A model generated the notes under the pieces. It worked only from the letters and a program-made list of their open reading frames with translations, made no database searches and was not told the DNA's origin. A program made the position numbers and the translations under genes. A stretch of DNA of 64,000 bases from Macrostomum hystrix (taxonomy: Eukaryota > Animalia > Platyhelminthes), in NCBI GenBank assembly GCA_950097015.1, contig CATNEN010000003.1:12028001-12092000 (forward strand). Direction: 5' to 3'. Within the stretch, counting starts at the first letter, position 1. The number at the start of each line of letters is the position of its first letter. Below, piece after piece: positions 35,798 to 49,900 of this stretch.

Positions 35798-38335
35798 TGG
35801 AGAGATGAGACACGGGAGAGATGAGACACGAAGAGATGAGACACGGAAGAGATGAGACACGGGAGAGATGAGACATGGGAGAGATGAGACACGGGAGAGA
35901 TGAGACACGAAGAGATGAGACACGGGAGAGATGAGACATGGGAGAGATGAGACAGTGGAGAGATGAGACACGGGAGAGATGAGACACGGGAGAGATGAGA
36001 CAAGGGAGAGATGAGACACGGGAGAGATGAGAAACGGGAGAGATGAGACATGGGAGAGATAAAACACGGTATAAGAGATGAGACATGGGAGAGATGAAAC
36101 AGTGGAGAGATGAGACACGGGAGAGATGAGACACGGGAGAGATGAGACACGGGAGAGATGAGACACGGGAGAGATGAGACACGGGAGAGATGAGACAGGG
36201 GTGAGATGAGACAGCGGAGACATAAGACACGGGAGAGATGAGACACGGGAGAGATGAGACACGGGAGAGATGAGACAGGGGAGAGATGAGACATGGGAGA
36301 GATGAGACAGGGGAGAGATGAGACAGGGGAGAGATGAGACACGGGAGAGATGAGACACGGGAGAGATGAGACATGGGAGAGATGAGACAGTGGAGAGATG
36401 AGACACGGGAGAGATGAGACACGGGAGAGATGAGAAACGGGAGAGATGAGACACGGGAGAGATGAGACACGGGAGAGATACACGGGCGAGATGAGACAGG
36501 ATAGAGATGAGACACGGGAGAGATGAGACACGGGGAGAGATGAGACAGGGGAGAGATGAGACAGGGGAGAGATGAGACACGGGAGAGATGAGACACGGGA
36601 GAGATGAGACACGGGAGAGATGAGACAGGGGAGAGATGAGACAGGGAAGAGATGAGACAGGGGAGAGATGAGACACGGGAGAGATGAGACACGGGAGAGA
36701 TACACGGGAGAGATGAGACACGGGAGAGATACACGGGAGAGATGAGACAGGATAGAGATGAGACACGGGAGAGATGAGACAGGGGAGAGATGAGACACGG
36801 GAGAGATGAGACACGGGAGAGATGAGACAGGGGAGAGATAAGACACGGGAGAGATGAGACAGGGGAGAGATGAGACAGGGGAGAGATGAGACAGGGGAGA
36901 GATGAGACAGGGGAGAGATGAGACAGGGGAGAGATGAGACACGGGAGAGATGAGACACGGGAGAGATGAGACACGAAGAGATGAGACACGGAAGAGATGA
37001 GACACGGGAGAGATGAGACATGGGAGAGATGAGACACGGGAGAGATGAGACACGAAGAGATGAGACACGGGAGAGATGAGACATGGGAGAGATGAGACAG
37101 TGGAGAGATGAGACACGGGAGAGATGAGACACGGGAGAGATGAGACAAGGGAGAGATGAGACACGGGAGAGATGAGAAACGGGAGAGATGAGACATGGGA
37201 GAGATAAAACACGGTATAAGAGATGAGACATGGGAGAGATGAAACAGTGGAGAGATGAGACACGGGAGAGATGAGACACGGGAGAGATGAGACACGGGAG
37301 AGATGAGACACGGGAGAGATGAGACACGGGAGAGATGAGACAGGGGTGAGATGAGACAGCGGAGACATAAGACACGGGAGAGATGAGACACGGGAGAGAT
37401 GAGACACGGGAGAGATGAGACAGGGGAGAGATGAGACATGGGAGAGATGAGACAGGGGAGAGATGAGACAGGGGAGAGATGAGACACGGGAGAGATGAGA
37501 CACGGGAGAGATGAGACATGGGAGAGATGAGACAGTGGAGAGATGAGACACGGGAGAGATGAGACACGGGAGAGATGAGAAACGGGAGAGATGAGACACG
37601 GGAGAGATGAGACACGGGAGAGATACACGGGCGAGATGAGACAGGATAGAGATGAGACACGGGAGAGATGAGACACGGGGAGAGATGAGACAGGGGAGAG
37701 ATGAGACAGGGGAGAGATGAGACACGGGAGAGATGAGACACGGGAGAGATGAGACACGGGAGAGATGAGACAGGGGAGAGATGAGACAGGGAAGAGATGA
37801 GACAGGGGAGAGATGAGACACGGGAGAGATGAGACACGGGAGAGATACACGGGAGAGATGAGACACGGGAGAGATACACGGGAGAGATGAGACAGGATAG
37901 AGATGAGACACGGGAGAGATGAGACACGGGAGAGATGAGACACGGGAGAGATGAGACACGGGAGAGATGAGACAGGGGAGAGATAAGACACGGGAGAGAT
38001 GAGACAGGGGAGAGATGAGACAGGGGAGAGATGAGACAGGGGAGAGATGAGACAGGGGAGAGATGAGACAGGGGAGAGATGAGACACGGGAGAGATGAGA
38101 CACGGGAGAGATGAGACACGGGAGAGATGAGACACGGGAGAGATGAGACAGGGGAGAGATGAGACAGGGGAGAGATGAGACACGGGAGAGATGAGACACG
38201 GGAGAGATGAGACACGGGAGAGATGAGACAGGGGAGAGATGAGACAGGGGAGAGATGAGACAGGGGAGAGATGTGACAGGGGAGAGATGAGACAAGGGAG
38301 AGATGAGACACGGGAGAGATGAGTCAAAGAGAGAC
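35798..38335. repeat. 16-bp minisatellite (GAGAGATGAGACACGG)n with an internal 1145-bp duplication
   Basis: Rare variants recur at a 1145 offset (36061 vs 37206). Confidence 0.95.
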
Positions 38336-39070
38336 AAGTTACGGGATGCTCTTTCTTCGTTTTTGCCTTTCTAATTGTAAATTAGTAATCAACTGTTGAG
38401 TAACATACTACGGTTAAGAGGACGTCAATTGCTTGGTAAAGGTAAAAGACCTATTTTTTCAAAAAGGCGAAATTTAGAAAAAATGCATCCATTTCTATTT
38501 AAAATACCGAGTCTAGTAAAGTTAGCCTTCCATTGTGCATTCACTAAAAAAGTGTAGAACTCATTATGTTATAAATGCAAACGGAAATTAAAGCCGACAA
38601 TAATAAGGCTCAGCTATTTTACAAGCCATATGGCACCCCCACGGCTAAGACTATTTGCGTTCGTTTCGCGTGTTTGAAAATAAAATTGGCTTACGAAGAG
38701 ACGAAAAGAGAGAGAAAGAGAGAGAAGGGGAGAGAGAGACAGTTCTCTGGGGGGCAGGGAAGCCACTTTACGAGTACTGCACACGTCGCCATTGACAACG
38801 AATTGCACACACAACACAGGCGCACAATTCTAATTAATGCGAGCCAATCTATAGCTGAGAGAATGAGTGAGACACACACAGACCATAGGGAGTGCATCTA
38901 TATACCCGCTGAAGTCTTCATCTTGACAATAGCACTTTTCGCAGCTTTCATAATACTCTATATATTTAATTTCATGGTTTGTGCTAATAACATTAAAAGT
39001 GGCATTGTGAATTTGAAAGCTTTAGTTTTCAACTCTATTTGACACTAAAACTATAGTAACTGTGCAAATA

Positions 39071-41679
39071 ATGCTGAACGAACAAATAGAAGATAGTGCC
39101 GAGGAGGAACTGTTGTACAGTCAGCTAGATGCCATTGACACATTGTCTGGTAGAGCACAGCTGGTAAGTCGGTATCGCAGATTTGCTATAAAATTTTGGA
39201 TTCCTTCACGCTTAGCATATCTGTTATTTCGTGGATGCATTCAGTCCGAATATCATGGACGGGAGGGTGAGTGGCAGAGCGGTTAACGCGGTTGTCTCTC
39301 GCATCAAGGTGCCTGAGCTCGATTCCGCCGCGAGGTCACATTCATTTGGGGCGCAGCCGTGGAGAGAAGGCTTGGGGGTTTGTCATGCAATTACGCCCTT
39401 GAGGGCCAACCTCCAAGGCACAGTGAGAGTGTTCACTGCCTGACGATGAGAAAGTCAGGGCAGATGTACACACCTGTTCGAGTGTGCTCAGGAGTCAGTG
39501 AAATGGGCAGAACTGCCTCCTCGCTGGCTGCTGGTCTAGTGTCACCAAATGATGTGCCATTGCCCGCAGCCCTCCAGAAATTGTTATTATTATTATTATC
39601 ATAGACCGACCAAAAGAAAAAGCTAGTGAACGCCAAAGGCTACAAGTTGATATCGTAAGTTAAAATGCCAGGTATAACAAACTCAGAAATATTTTCAATG
39701 CCTCACAAGCTGTACTTAAAGAAACACAGAGATTAGAATGAACTAAAAGCGTCACTTTTACCTTTATGACTTGTGTTTTTATTGATGTGAGATACGTTTG
39801 TGAGATACGAAATCAAACAGATACGCTTGTGAGTTGTGAAAGCTGAGTACATCCAAATGTACACCCAAGTACATCCGAAGAAATTAGTTTGATTGAATTC
39901 AAATAGGTTGCAAATCGGTCTCACAAATCCCTGAAACTATTCGCAGATTCTCGGAGCCGACCTAACTCCCGGCGACATGAACGCCCGCGACAACACGGAC
40001 AAGCAGATCGAGGCGTTCGAGAAGCTAATTAACCACGCCGTGTCGCGCTTCTCTGTTGAGCGTACTCGACGCCTGCTCATGCGACTGGCAGATCCACCGT
40101 TTCCTTCTTCGCCGAAGAAAATTGCTCCCAGAATGAGGGTCAGTCCAGAAACACCGAGACAACTGCAGCAACAGCAGCAGCAGTCATCGAACTTAGACTC
40201 CGTCCAGCGTCTTCGCGACACTCTAATGCGACTGAAGCGTCGGAGTCAGAAGAGTCAAAGCGAAACGGCCCTTGCAGCTCAAGTCGAGACTTTCCTACGC
40301 GACCTGCAGTACATGCGCCATCTGAAACGATATTTCGACGAGAGAATATACTCCACCCTGTACAGATTCTATTACGATCCCAGCGATCTGCTCGTAGACG
40401 ATCCAGCTGACGATGGCAATGATGCCGGAGCTGCATTCTTCCTGACGCAACAGCAGCTCAGAGATGAAGATGATGAAGAAGAGGATGATTCCAAGGGGAA
40501 ACAGGCAAATCAGACTAGGTAACTTATTAATGTTTACTTTTCGTTAATGTATTACGAAAGCTCTTATTTGCAGAAGAATATAATAAATTTTAACAACAAG
40601 CTCTTTAAATGTAATTCAGACACGATGGCTCGAGCAGCGACCGTAAAACCGGTAGCAAATTTCGGTACGGCCTTGACCTCGACCAACTGACCGATCGAGA
40701 GCAGCTAGCCTACGCAGTTGAGCAGCTATACGACATCAACACCCGCTGGGGCAGCATCGTCAACACTGAGGGCCCTATCGATCCAGTACTGTTCGACGCT
40801 GACAGCGAAGTTGAAGTCCGCGGCGTGCCGCCCAGCGATCCAGCCTACGTCCTGCTCCGCGTGACGCCCGACCTGTTCGTGAAGTGTCAGAAGAGTCTTC
40901 AGCTGGCTCGACTGTGGTGGCAGCAGGCGTCGCGAATCTACAGCTCTGGCAAAGACGCGCCAGCGCCTATCGCAAACTATCGCGAGAAAATGGCCGCCCT
41001 GATGCGACACATCGATCAGAAAGAGCGAGACATCAGGCGACAAGAGCATTCCGTGAACATTCACAGGACAGATCTGCAGTTCCTGGAGGCTCGAGAGAAG
41101 CGAGTGGCCGATATGTACGGCGATACGGACAGCCTGGAGAAGCACAAGAACGAACTGGGCGAGAAGTACAAGGCTAAGATTGAACAGCGCAAAGACGTAA
41201 GGGAGCGAATGGAGAACACCATCAAGAATACACAGAGGTACCAAGAACTGGAAGAGGAGTTGAAAGCGCTGGAACCAGAGATGATTGACTTGTATCGCGA
41301 GCTCAAACTACTCGAGTACAGTCTGGACATCAAACAGTCCCAGTTCAGTCTAGAACTGGAAGTAAAGTCCAGCTTCGTGATCTACTCTGAGACAAGCCGC
41401 ATAAACATGGAGAAGGCTCTGCAGCTGCTGTCGCGATTGCGTTCTGAGAAGCGTAAATTGGAACGCCGGTACACCCTGATGAAGGCCAATCAGGACAGGA
41501 TGTACGAGATCCTGGGCCGGACGCAGGGCCAAGAAGCGCAGAACAAGCGGCCGGGCACAAACCACACCTATACTATTCGGCGACTAACCCAGGACGAAGA
41601 GAAAGATCTGAGAAGTAGCCAAGAAACAGCAAAATCTTACGTGGTTGCGACGACGCAACAACAACAACAACAACAACAA

Positions 41680-41711
<32 letters not shown>

Positions 41712-41850
41712 AGCAGAGACGATTGAAGAGAACCCATTTGCTGCAAGCAAGACAGTGCGACCAGTGCCACGGCAAAAACGCGGCGGAGGCAGCAGCGGCC
41801 GGGCAGCTGAAGGTGGAGCCAACACAGTTCGCGCAGTCGAAACTCATTAA
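39071..41850 (+). CDS. Uncharacterised coiled-coil protein (about 631 aa); join(39071-39163,39947-40518,40620-41850)
   Basis: CTG|GTAAGT, TCGCAG|ATT, AG|GTAACT and TTCAG|A junctions keep the frame; long E/K/R/L heptad region; acidic patch; Q19 encoded by (CAA)9(CAG)9CAA. Confidence 0.8.
39261..39599 (+). mobile_element. tRNA-derived SINE family B, in intron 1 of the coiled-coil gene
   Basis: Collinear with 16357-16706; (TTA)n tail; candidate TSD TATCATGGAC/TATCATAGAC. Confidence 0.85.
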
Positions 41851-42667
41851 AGTCATTTTTGTAAGAAATTTGCCTGGAGTGCTTCCTATTTGACTGGTAG
41901 CAAAGCAAGCCATTGTGACTCGATTTGTGCCTTTAATTAAGGCACTTTACTATCTCAAGCATCAAGTAACCATCAGCAATTTTCAAAACTGAACTCCGCT
42001 TACAAAGTAAAACTAATTTCTGCGCTATAAGTTCTACTACAAGTAGAGCAAACGCGTACAACTCGTCAAATGCATTGTACGGCCGTAGGAATGTATTTAA
42101 ATGTATATTTTTAATTCACCGGTGTACATAGAAATCTCTCAGGCAAAGCCATGTCACTGAATGTCACAAAGTTGCACAATTCGATTTAAAAAATTCACTT
42201 TTGAAACTAAGATGCCTATTATAACAACGTATTCTATATTTTGCTCAGTAGAATCTTGAGTACAGTAATAAATTTTTCTCATATTTTTTCTACTTTTTGC
42301 CGAAAGGAAAAACAATAAATACAATAAATACGCGAAGTCACTAATGGTTTTCTTGCATTTGACTAAAAGCAAAGTGACTGGCCAATGTAAATAATCCAAT
42401 GCTTGCTTTAGGTGGAATGTTTGCATTGGCCAGTAGCATAGTTCACTGTCTCGGTAGTCTAAAACGATGACGCTTTTGTTGAGTCTTCTTTTTTTCAGTC
42501 TTTCTGTTTGCGTTCATTTTTACTGCGAGAGTTTAGAGCAGAGCATTGTGTAAAATTGATTTATATTTATACAGTCATTCTGTATATTAGGTCTCTGGGG
42601 TTTGGAAATCAAATATTCATTTTTCGATGAAAGATTGTTCATTTTTTCAAAGTCAACTCACTGGGCC

Positions 42668-43540
42668 TACCTCACTCCGCCTCGCCACCTCACTCCGCCA
42701 GGCCACCTCACTCCGCCAGGCCACCTCACTCCGCCTCGCCACCTCACTCCGCCTCGCCACCTCACTCCGCCAGGCCACCTCACTCCGCCTCGCCACCTCA
42801 CTCCGCCTCGCCACCTCACTCCGCCAGGCCACCTCACTCCGCCTCGCCACCTCACTCCGCCTCGCCACCTCACTCCGCCAGGCCACCTCACTCCGCCTCG
42901 CCACCTCACTCCGCCTCGCCACCTCACTCCGCCTCGCCACCTCACTCCGCCAGGCCACCTCACTCCGCCTCGCCACCTCACTCCGCCAGGCCACCTCACT
43001 CCGCCTCGCCACCTCACTCCGCCAGGCCACCTCACTCCACCTCGCCACCTCACTCCGCCAGGCCACCTCACTCCACCTGGCCACCTCACTCCGCCTCGCC
43101 ACCTCACTCCGCCAGGCCACCTCACTCCGCCTCGCCACCTCACTTCGCCAGGCCACCTCACTCCGACTATATAGCCACAGCTCACTCCTCGTAGCAATCT
43201 CACTCCGCCTAGCTACGTCACTTCTCTCCGCCTTGCCACGTCACTTCTCGGAACAACCTCACTCCGCCTCGCCACCTCACTCCGCCAGGCCACCTCACTC
43301 CGCCTCGCCACCTCACTTCGCCAGGCCACCTCACTCCGACTATATAGCCACAGCTCACTCCTCGTAGCAATCTCACTCCGCCTAGCTACGTCACTTCTCT
43401 CCGCCTTGCCACGTCACTTCTCGGAACAACCTCACTCCGCCTAGCCACCTCAGTCCGCCTAGCCACCTCAGTCCGCCTAGCCATCTTACTACGCCTATCC
43501 ACCTCCCTCCGCCTATCCACCTCACTCCACCAAGCCACCT
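42668..43540. repeat. 18-bp minisatellite (CACCTCACTCCGCCTCGC / ...CAGGC)n with a duplication of about 173 bp
   Basis: Two alternating variants; block at 43165 repeated at 43338. Confidence 0.9.
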
Positions 43541-43970
43541 TACTTTGCCTTGTTATTTCACCTACATTGAATGAAAAGAACATTGATGCAAAATAACTAT
43601 AGCAAACTAATAGTAAAAAACTGCACGATGGGATTCTAGACGAGCTAGTTAAAATATATTTCCTTTTAACATATTTCGTTAACAAAGGGCAAAACGATTC
43701 GATTTGAGATTTTTCACTTCAATTTGAGAGAAAAATAACAAAAAGTACTTTCTAAACACTGAAACACAACAGGACTCGTTTGTAAGCAAAAATCTAGAAC
43801 GAAAAAATACTATAATGCTAAATTTAAAGTTAATGACATACATTTGAAACAAGACTAAAATCTATGGAACGACCTAAAAAATATTTGGAGTTTTTTGAAG
43901 AATTTTCTTACTTGCTCGAAACTAGAGCACAGCTGTTAACTGTTAAACTGCTAATCTATAATTCATCCTA

Positions 43971-46900
43971 TTAACAGTAGCTGCAGTGCAAACGATTAGC
44001 GCTAAATGTGTCAGAAATTTTACTCGAAGACGGCGTTGGGTCAGTCAGCTTGATGCCAGCGGTGGCAGCACTCGTGACTTTCTTATCGACAATGCTGTCA
44101 AGAGGCTCTTCAAGCAGATTCTGCTTGGCCAAGTACCAACTGAAGATGGTTTCAAAGTTCAGCAATGAAACTGAATAACTTTTGTATCTGTCAGACATGT
44201 TCAATGATCTGTTAGACATGTTCAATGATCTGTTAGACATGTTCAATGATCTGTTAGACATGTTCAATGATCTGTTAGACATGTTCAATGATCTGTTAGA
44301 CATGTTCAATGATCTGTTAGACATGTTCAATGATCTGTTAGACATGTTCAATGATCTGTTAGACATGTTTGATGATTTGTTGGATATGTAACTCGCAACT
44401 TACCGACCAATAATTTTGTGGCACTGCTCAACCTGATGTCCCGTTTTTGCGCTGGTTTCCAAGAAATAAGCAATTTGATCGTCCTAGCAAAGGATTGAAA
44501 ATTATTTTGTATTTAAAATCATTTCTACAAATACACCCACCAATTGATTCGCAAATCGTCAATATTCTGAATCACCAGATAGCTGAAAAATACGATCTAC
44601 TGACACAATGACTCACTGACACAATGACTCACTGACACAATGACTCACTGACACAATGACTCACTGACACAATGACTCACTGACACAATGACTCACTGAC
44701 ACAATGACTCACTGACACAATGACTCACTGACACAATGACTCACTGACACAATGACTCACTGACACAATGACTCACTGACACAATGACTCACTGACACAA
44801 TGACTCACTGACACAATGACTCACTGACACAATGACTCACTGACACAATGACTCACTGACACAATGACTCACTGACACAATGACTCACTGACACAATGAC
44901 TTACTGACACAATGACTCACTGACACAATGACTCACTGACACAATGACTTACTGACACAATGACTCACTGACACAATGACTCACTGACACAATGACTCAC
45001 TGACACAATGACTCACTGACACAATGACTCACTGACACAATAACCCAGTAACCCAATGACCCAATGACCACTGATACAATGACCCACCGAATCAATGACC
45101 CTCGGACACAATGACCCTCGGACACAATGACCCAATGACCCACTGACCCAATGACCCACAGACCCAATGACTCACTGACACAATGACCCACTGACCCAAT
45201 GACCCACTGACCAAATGACTCAGTGATACAATGACCCAATGACCCAGTCTCACCTTGGCTAGCTGCTGACCCTCAGCCTTGGTCACTTTCCTATCAGAGT
45301 CAGCGTCAGATTTATTGCCTAGCAACATAACGTAGACTCCGGTCGAGCCGTGTTCTCTTATATCGGCCAGCCAATTTCGGACATTGTTGAATGATTGCCG
45401 ATTGGTGATGTCATAGAACAGCAGGATGGCTGCCAATAAGTAGCAAATTTACTCAATTTTAGAAAGAATGCTTTTAGAAATAGTTAAACCTGCATTTTTT
45501 AATTACCGTCAGCATCTCGATAGTAGGCGCTGCTGATGCTGCGATACCGCTCCGTGCCAGCCGTGTCCCACACCTTCAAAAATATAGTTAGGCGAAGGTA
45601 CTTTTATTAGGAATGTATATAACATGTTATGATTGTGTCTAACATGTTATAAATGTGTCTTACATGCTATGAATGTGTCTTACATGTTATGATTGTGTCT
45701 AACATGTTATGATTGTGTCTAACATGTTATGAATGTGTCTTACATGTTATGATTGTGTCTAACATGTTATGATTGTGTCTTACATGTTATGATTGTGTCA
45801 AACATGTTATGATTGTTTCTAACATGTTATGATTGTGTGTAACATTTTATGATTGTGTCTAACATTTTATGATTGTGTCTAACATGTTATGATTGTGTCT
45901 AACATGTTATGATTGTGTCTAACATTTTATGATTGTGTCAAACATGTTATGATTACGTCTAACATGTTATGATTGTGTCAAACATGTTATGATTGTGTCT
46001 AACATGCTATGATTGTGTCAAACATGTTATGATTGTGTCTAACATGTTATGAATGTGTCTAACATCTTATGATTGTTTCTAACATGTTATGATTGTGTCT
46101 AACATGCTATGATTGTGTCAAACATGTTATGATTGTTTCTAACATGTTATGATTGTTTCTAACATGTTATGAATGTGTCTAACATCTTATGATTGTTTCT
46201 AACATGTTATGATTGTGTCTAACATTTTATGATTGTGTCTAAGATGTTATGATTGTGTCTAACATGTTATGATTGTGTCTAACATGTTATGATTGTGTCA
46301 AACATGTTATGATTGTGTCTAACATGTTATGAATATGTCTAACATCTTATGATTGTTTCTAACATGTTATGATTGTGTCTAACATGTTATGATTGTTTCT
46401 AACATATTATGATTGTGTCTAAGATGTTATGATTGTTTCTAACATGTTATGATTGTGTCTAACATGTTATGATTGTGTCTAACATGTTATGATTGTGTCT
46501 AACATGTTATGATTGTGTCTAACATGTTATGATTGTGTCAAACATGTTATGATTGTGTCTAACATGTTATGAATGTGTCTAACATCTTATGATTGTTTCT
46601 AACATGTTATGATTGTGTCTAACATGTTATGATTGTTTCTAACATATTATGATTGTGTCTAAGATGTTATGATTGTGTCTAACATTTTATGATTGTGTCT
46701 AAGATGTTATGATTGTGTCTAACATGTTATGATTGTGTCTAACATGTTATGATTGTGTCTAACATGTTATGATTGTGTCAAACATGTTATGATTGTGTCT
46801 AACATGTTATGAATGTGTCTAACATCTTATGATTGTTTCTAACATGTTATGATTGTGTCTAACATGTTATGATTGTTTCTAACATATTATGATTGTGTCT

Positions 46901-49900
46901 AAGATGTTATGATTGTTTCTAACATGTTATGATTGTTTCTAACATGTTATGAATGTGTCTAACATCTTATGATTGTTTCTAACATGTTATGATTGTTTCT
47001 AACATGTTATGATTGTGTCTAAGATGTTATGATTGTTTCTAACATGTTATGATTGTGTCTAACATTTTATGAATGTGTCTAACATCTTATGATTGTTTCT
47101 AACATGTTATGATTGTGTCTAACATGTTATGATTGTGTCTAACATATTATGATTGTGTCTAAGATTTTATGATTGTTTCTAACATGTTATGATTGTTTCT
47201 AACATGTTATGAATGTGTCTAACATCTTATGATTGTTTCTAACATTTTATGATTGTTTCTAACATGTTATGATTGTTTCTAACATGTTATGGTTGTTTCT
47301 AACATGTTATGATTGTTTCTAACATGTTATGAATGTGTCTAACATCTTATGATCGTTTCTAACATGTTATGAATGTGTCTAACATCTTATGATTGTTTCT
47401 AACATGTTATGATTGTGTCTAACATGTTATGATTGTGTCTAACATGTTATGAATGTGTCTAACATGTTATGATTGTTTATAACATGTTATGATTGTTTCT
47501 AACATGTAATGATTGTTTCTAACATGTTATATTTGCATCTAACATGTTATGATTGTATCTAACATTTTATGATTGTATCTAACATCTTATGATTGTGTCT
47601 AACGTGTTATGACTGTGTCTAACATGTCATGATGGTGTCTAACATATATGCCTGTGTCTAACGAACGTCTCCCGAATGTATCGATGACTTTTATTTTGCC
47701 CAGATAGCTACTAATAGTAGTCAAAATGCATCTAACTCAATCCTAAACAAATATAATATGTGATGATGATTTTGTATCGAACAGAATAGAAAGAGAAATT
47801 AGCAGCATTTTTTCTTAAATTTTTGTTGCACCCGCGTTGCTTCATCTCCTACTCTCGGCCTCATCAATCATTCAGGAGGGAATTTTTCGATAGGATAAAT
47901 CGGCTGCCTAGATAAGATGGGGCCGTTTATTTCCATAGAACAGCTACAGGAGTTCATGCACCGGTATCTATGCAACACTCGATTTCAGAAGGACATTAGC
48001 CTGAAGATGATTGATTGATTGCAATTTTAAAATTCGAAACCGACAAAAACAGGGCTGCCAAAAACAGGCCTTTCATCGATCCCATTCTCAACTTAAACAG
48101 AAAGATATTATCGAAAACTGCTCAGCAACTCACCTGAAATCTTATCCGAAAGCCGTCGACGGACAAAATTTTACTCTGAAAGATTAGAAAATATGAATAG
48201 CAGCGAATTTCAAGCAAATTTTATGACATTTCTTTTCCATAAATTTATTATCCCTAAACGGGATTTAAGAATCTACAGTATAGGATTTATATGAAAATAA
48301 CATCCGCTGTCGCTAAATTCTTCCGAGTCAATCTTGTGTTCTTTTTCTTTGAGTCAGCTCTGCTCAGTTATGCTCAGCGCTAATCTAAGAATTTGTAGAG
48401 TCTCTACGAGAAAGAAAAAGATGAGAATTTTCCTGACAAAAGTTTTTGCGCGGAGGTTTGTTACGCACTACTATAGAGTACGATTCCTATTGCTGCTTCG
48501 GATGCATTAGTTAGATCAGGGGTCGGCAAACTCCGGCCCGCGGGCCAGATGCGGCCCTCGAAGCTCCCAAATCCGGCCCGTTGCCCCTTCTGACATCTAT
48601 AGTGTCCTGTTTCATCTCTCCCCTGTCTAATCTCTCCTGTGTCTCATCTCTCCCGTGTCTCTTCTCTCCCGTGTCTCATCTCTCCCGTGTCTCATCTCTC
48701 CCGTGTCTAATCTCTCCCGTGTCTCATCTCTCCTGTGTCTCATCTCTCCCGTGTCTAATCTCTCCTGTGTCTCATCTCTCCCGTGTCTCATCTCTCCCCT
48801 GTCTAATCTCTCCTGTGTCTCATCTCTCCCCTGTCTAATCTCTCCTGTGTCTCATCTCTCCCGTGTCTCATCTTTCCCGTTTCTCATCTCTCCCGTGTCT
48901 CATCTCTCCCGTGTCTCATCTCTCCTGTGTCTCATCTCTCCTGTGTCTCATCTCTCCCCTGTCTAATCTCTCCTGTGTCTCATCTCTCCCCTGTCTAATC
49001 TCTCCTGTGTCTCATCTCTCCCGTGTCTCATCTCTCCCGTGTCTAATCTCTCCTGTGTCTCATCTCTCCCGTGTCTCATCTCTCCCCTGTCTAATCTCTC
49101 CTGTGTCTCATCTCTCCCCTGTCTAATCTCTCCTGTGTCTCATCTCTCCCGTGTCTCATCTTTCCCGTTTCTCATCTCTCCCGTGTCTCATCTCTCCCGT
49201 GTCTCATCTCTCCTGTGTCTCATCTCTCCCGTGTCTCATCTCTCCTGTGTCTCATCTCTCCCGTGTCTCATCTCTCCCCTGTCTAATCTCTCCTGTGTCT
49301 CATCTCTCCCCTGTCTAATCTCTCCTGTGTCTTATCTCTCCCGTATCTCATCTCTCCTGTGTCTAATCTCTCCCGTGTCTCATCTCTCCTGTGTCTAATC
49401 TCTCCCGTGTCTCATCTCTCCTGTGTCTCATCTCTCCCGTGTCTCATCTCTCCCGTGTCTCATCTCTCCCCTGTCTAATCTCTCCTGTGTCTCATCTCTC
49501 CCCTGTCTAATCTCTCCTGTGTCTTATCTCTCCCGTATCTCATCTCTCCTGTGTCTAATCTCTCCCGTGTCTCATCTCTCCTGTGTCTAATCTCTCCCGT
49601 GTCTCATCTCTCCTGTGTCTCATCTCTCCCGTGTCTCATCTCTCCCGTGTCTCATCTCTCCTGTGTCTCATCTCTCCCGTGTCTCATCTCTCCTGTGTCT
49701 CATCTCTCCCGTGTCTCATCTCTCCCCTGTCTAATCTCTCCTGTGTCTCATCTCTCCCCTGTCTAATCTCTCCTGTGTCTTATCTCTCCCGTATCTCATC
49801 TCTCCTGTGTCTAATCTCTCCCGTGTCTCATCTCTCCTGTGTCTAATCTCTCCCGTGTCTCATCTCTCCTGTGTCTCATCTCTCCCGTGTCTCATCTCTC

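Noticed and set aside
38575-39042. 155-aa ORF upstream of the coiled-coil gene
   Set aside because: Low-complexity GA tract, no motifs; likely chance
40726-41244. Antisense ORFs over the coiled-coil gene and cadherin exons
   Set aside because: Shadow ORFs of real coding sequence
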